DNA of 64,000 bases from a bacterium (GTDB taxonomy: Bacteria > Cyanobacteriota > Vampirovibrionia > Gastranaerophilales > JBAXKC01), in the NCBI GenBank assembly GCA_037137535.1, contig JBAXKC010000002.1:1-64000 (forward strand), given 5' to 3'. Position 1 is the first letter of the stretch, and every line of letters begins with the position of its first letter. Under the pieces are notes generated by a model that made no database searches, was not told where the DNA came from, and was given only the letters and a program-made list of their open reading frames with translations. This document shows, piece after piece, positions 63,775 to 64,000 of this stretch. Both the position numbers and the translations under genes were made by a program.

Positions 63775-64000
63775 ATGACCTTAACAATAGCAGGCAAAAC
63801 ATTTAATTCCAGACTAATGGCTGGAACAGGAAAATTCAAAGATTTTGAAACAATGCAGAAAGCTCACGCAGCAAGCGGAGCAGAAATTATAACTGTTGCG
63901 GTAAGAAGAGTTGATACAGGAGCTCCCGGTCATGTAGGGTTAATGGACTATATAGACATGGACAAATACTGGATTCTACCAAACACAGCGGGTTGCGCAA
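63775..64000 (+). CDS. thiG: Thiazole synthase, 5' part (runs off the window)
   Basis: Translated by hand: [21 protein letters not shown]...[12 protein letters not shown]...LPNTAGC. Confidence 0.93.
   Translation, partial: MTLTIAGKTFNSRLMAGTGKFKDFETMQKAHAASGAEIITVAVRRVDTGAPGHVGLMDYIDMDKYWILPNTAGCA

Overview
64 kb of a very AT-rich (roughly 30% GC by eye) Gram-negative bacterial chromosome. It is most likely a non-photosynthetic relative of cyanobacteria (Vampirovibrionia/Melainabacteria, Gastranaerophilales-like). This is inferred from a clear RpaA orthologue, a cyanobacterial-style HU, ADP-heptose (LPS) genes and anaerobe-type enzymes. Housekeeping genes include hisG, ruvC, metY, bioD, hup, rfaE1/2, prsA, mfd, ABC-F, phrB, lgt and a partial thiG. 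There is also a ~14 kb chemosensory cluster (36-50 kb) whose CheA has three HPt domains, and a hemerythrin-fused MCP. No rRNA, tRNA, CRISPR or IS elements were seen. Best leads: (1) an operon of a split transketolase with remodelled substrate-binding residues plus a KDDH-type RuBisCO-like protein, a candidate new SAM by-product (MTA/5'-deoxyadenosine) salvage route; (2) a family of orphan proteins with an N-terminal 'SF' motif, and a recurring bipartite upstream motif (KAGCAAT-N13/14-TGYWTT..ATAYA) in front of four orphan genes, a candidate export signal and regulon; (3) an orphan AcsC/AcsD corrinoid Fe-S protein near metY; (4) an operon of an isochorismatase, a CxxC-less TrxB-like enzyme and an RlmN-like radical SAM enzyme lacking the resolving Cys; (5) an uncalled 50-aa gene and two candidate small RNAs.
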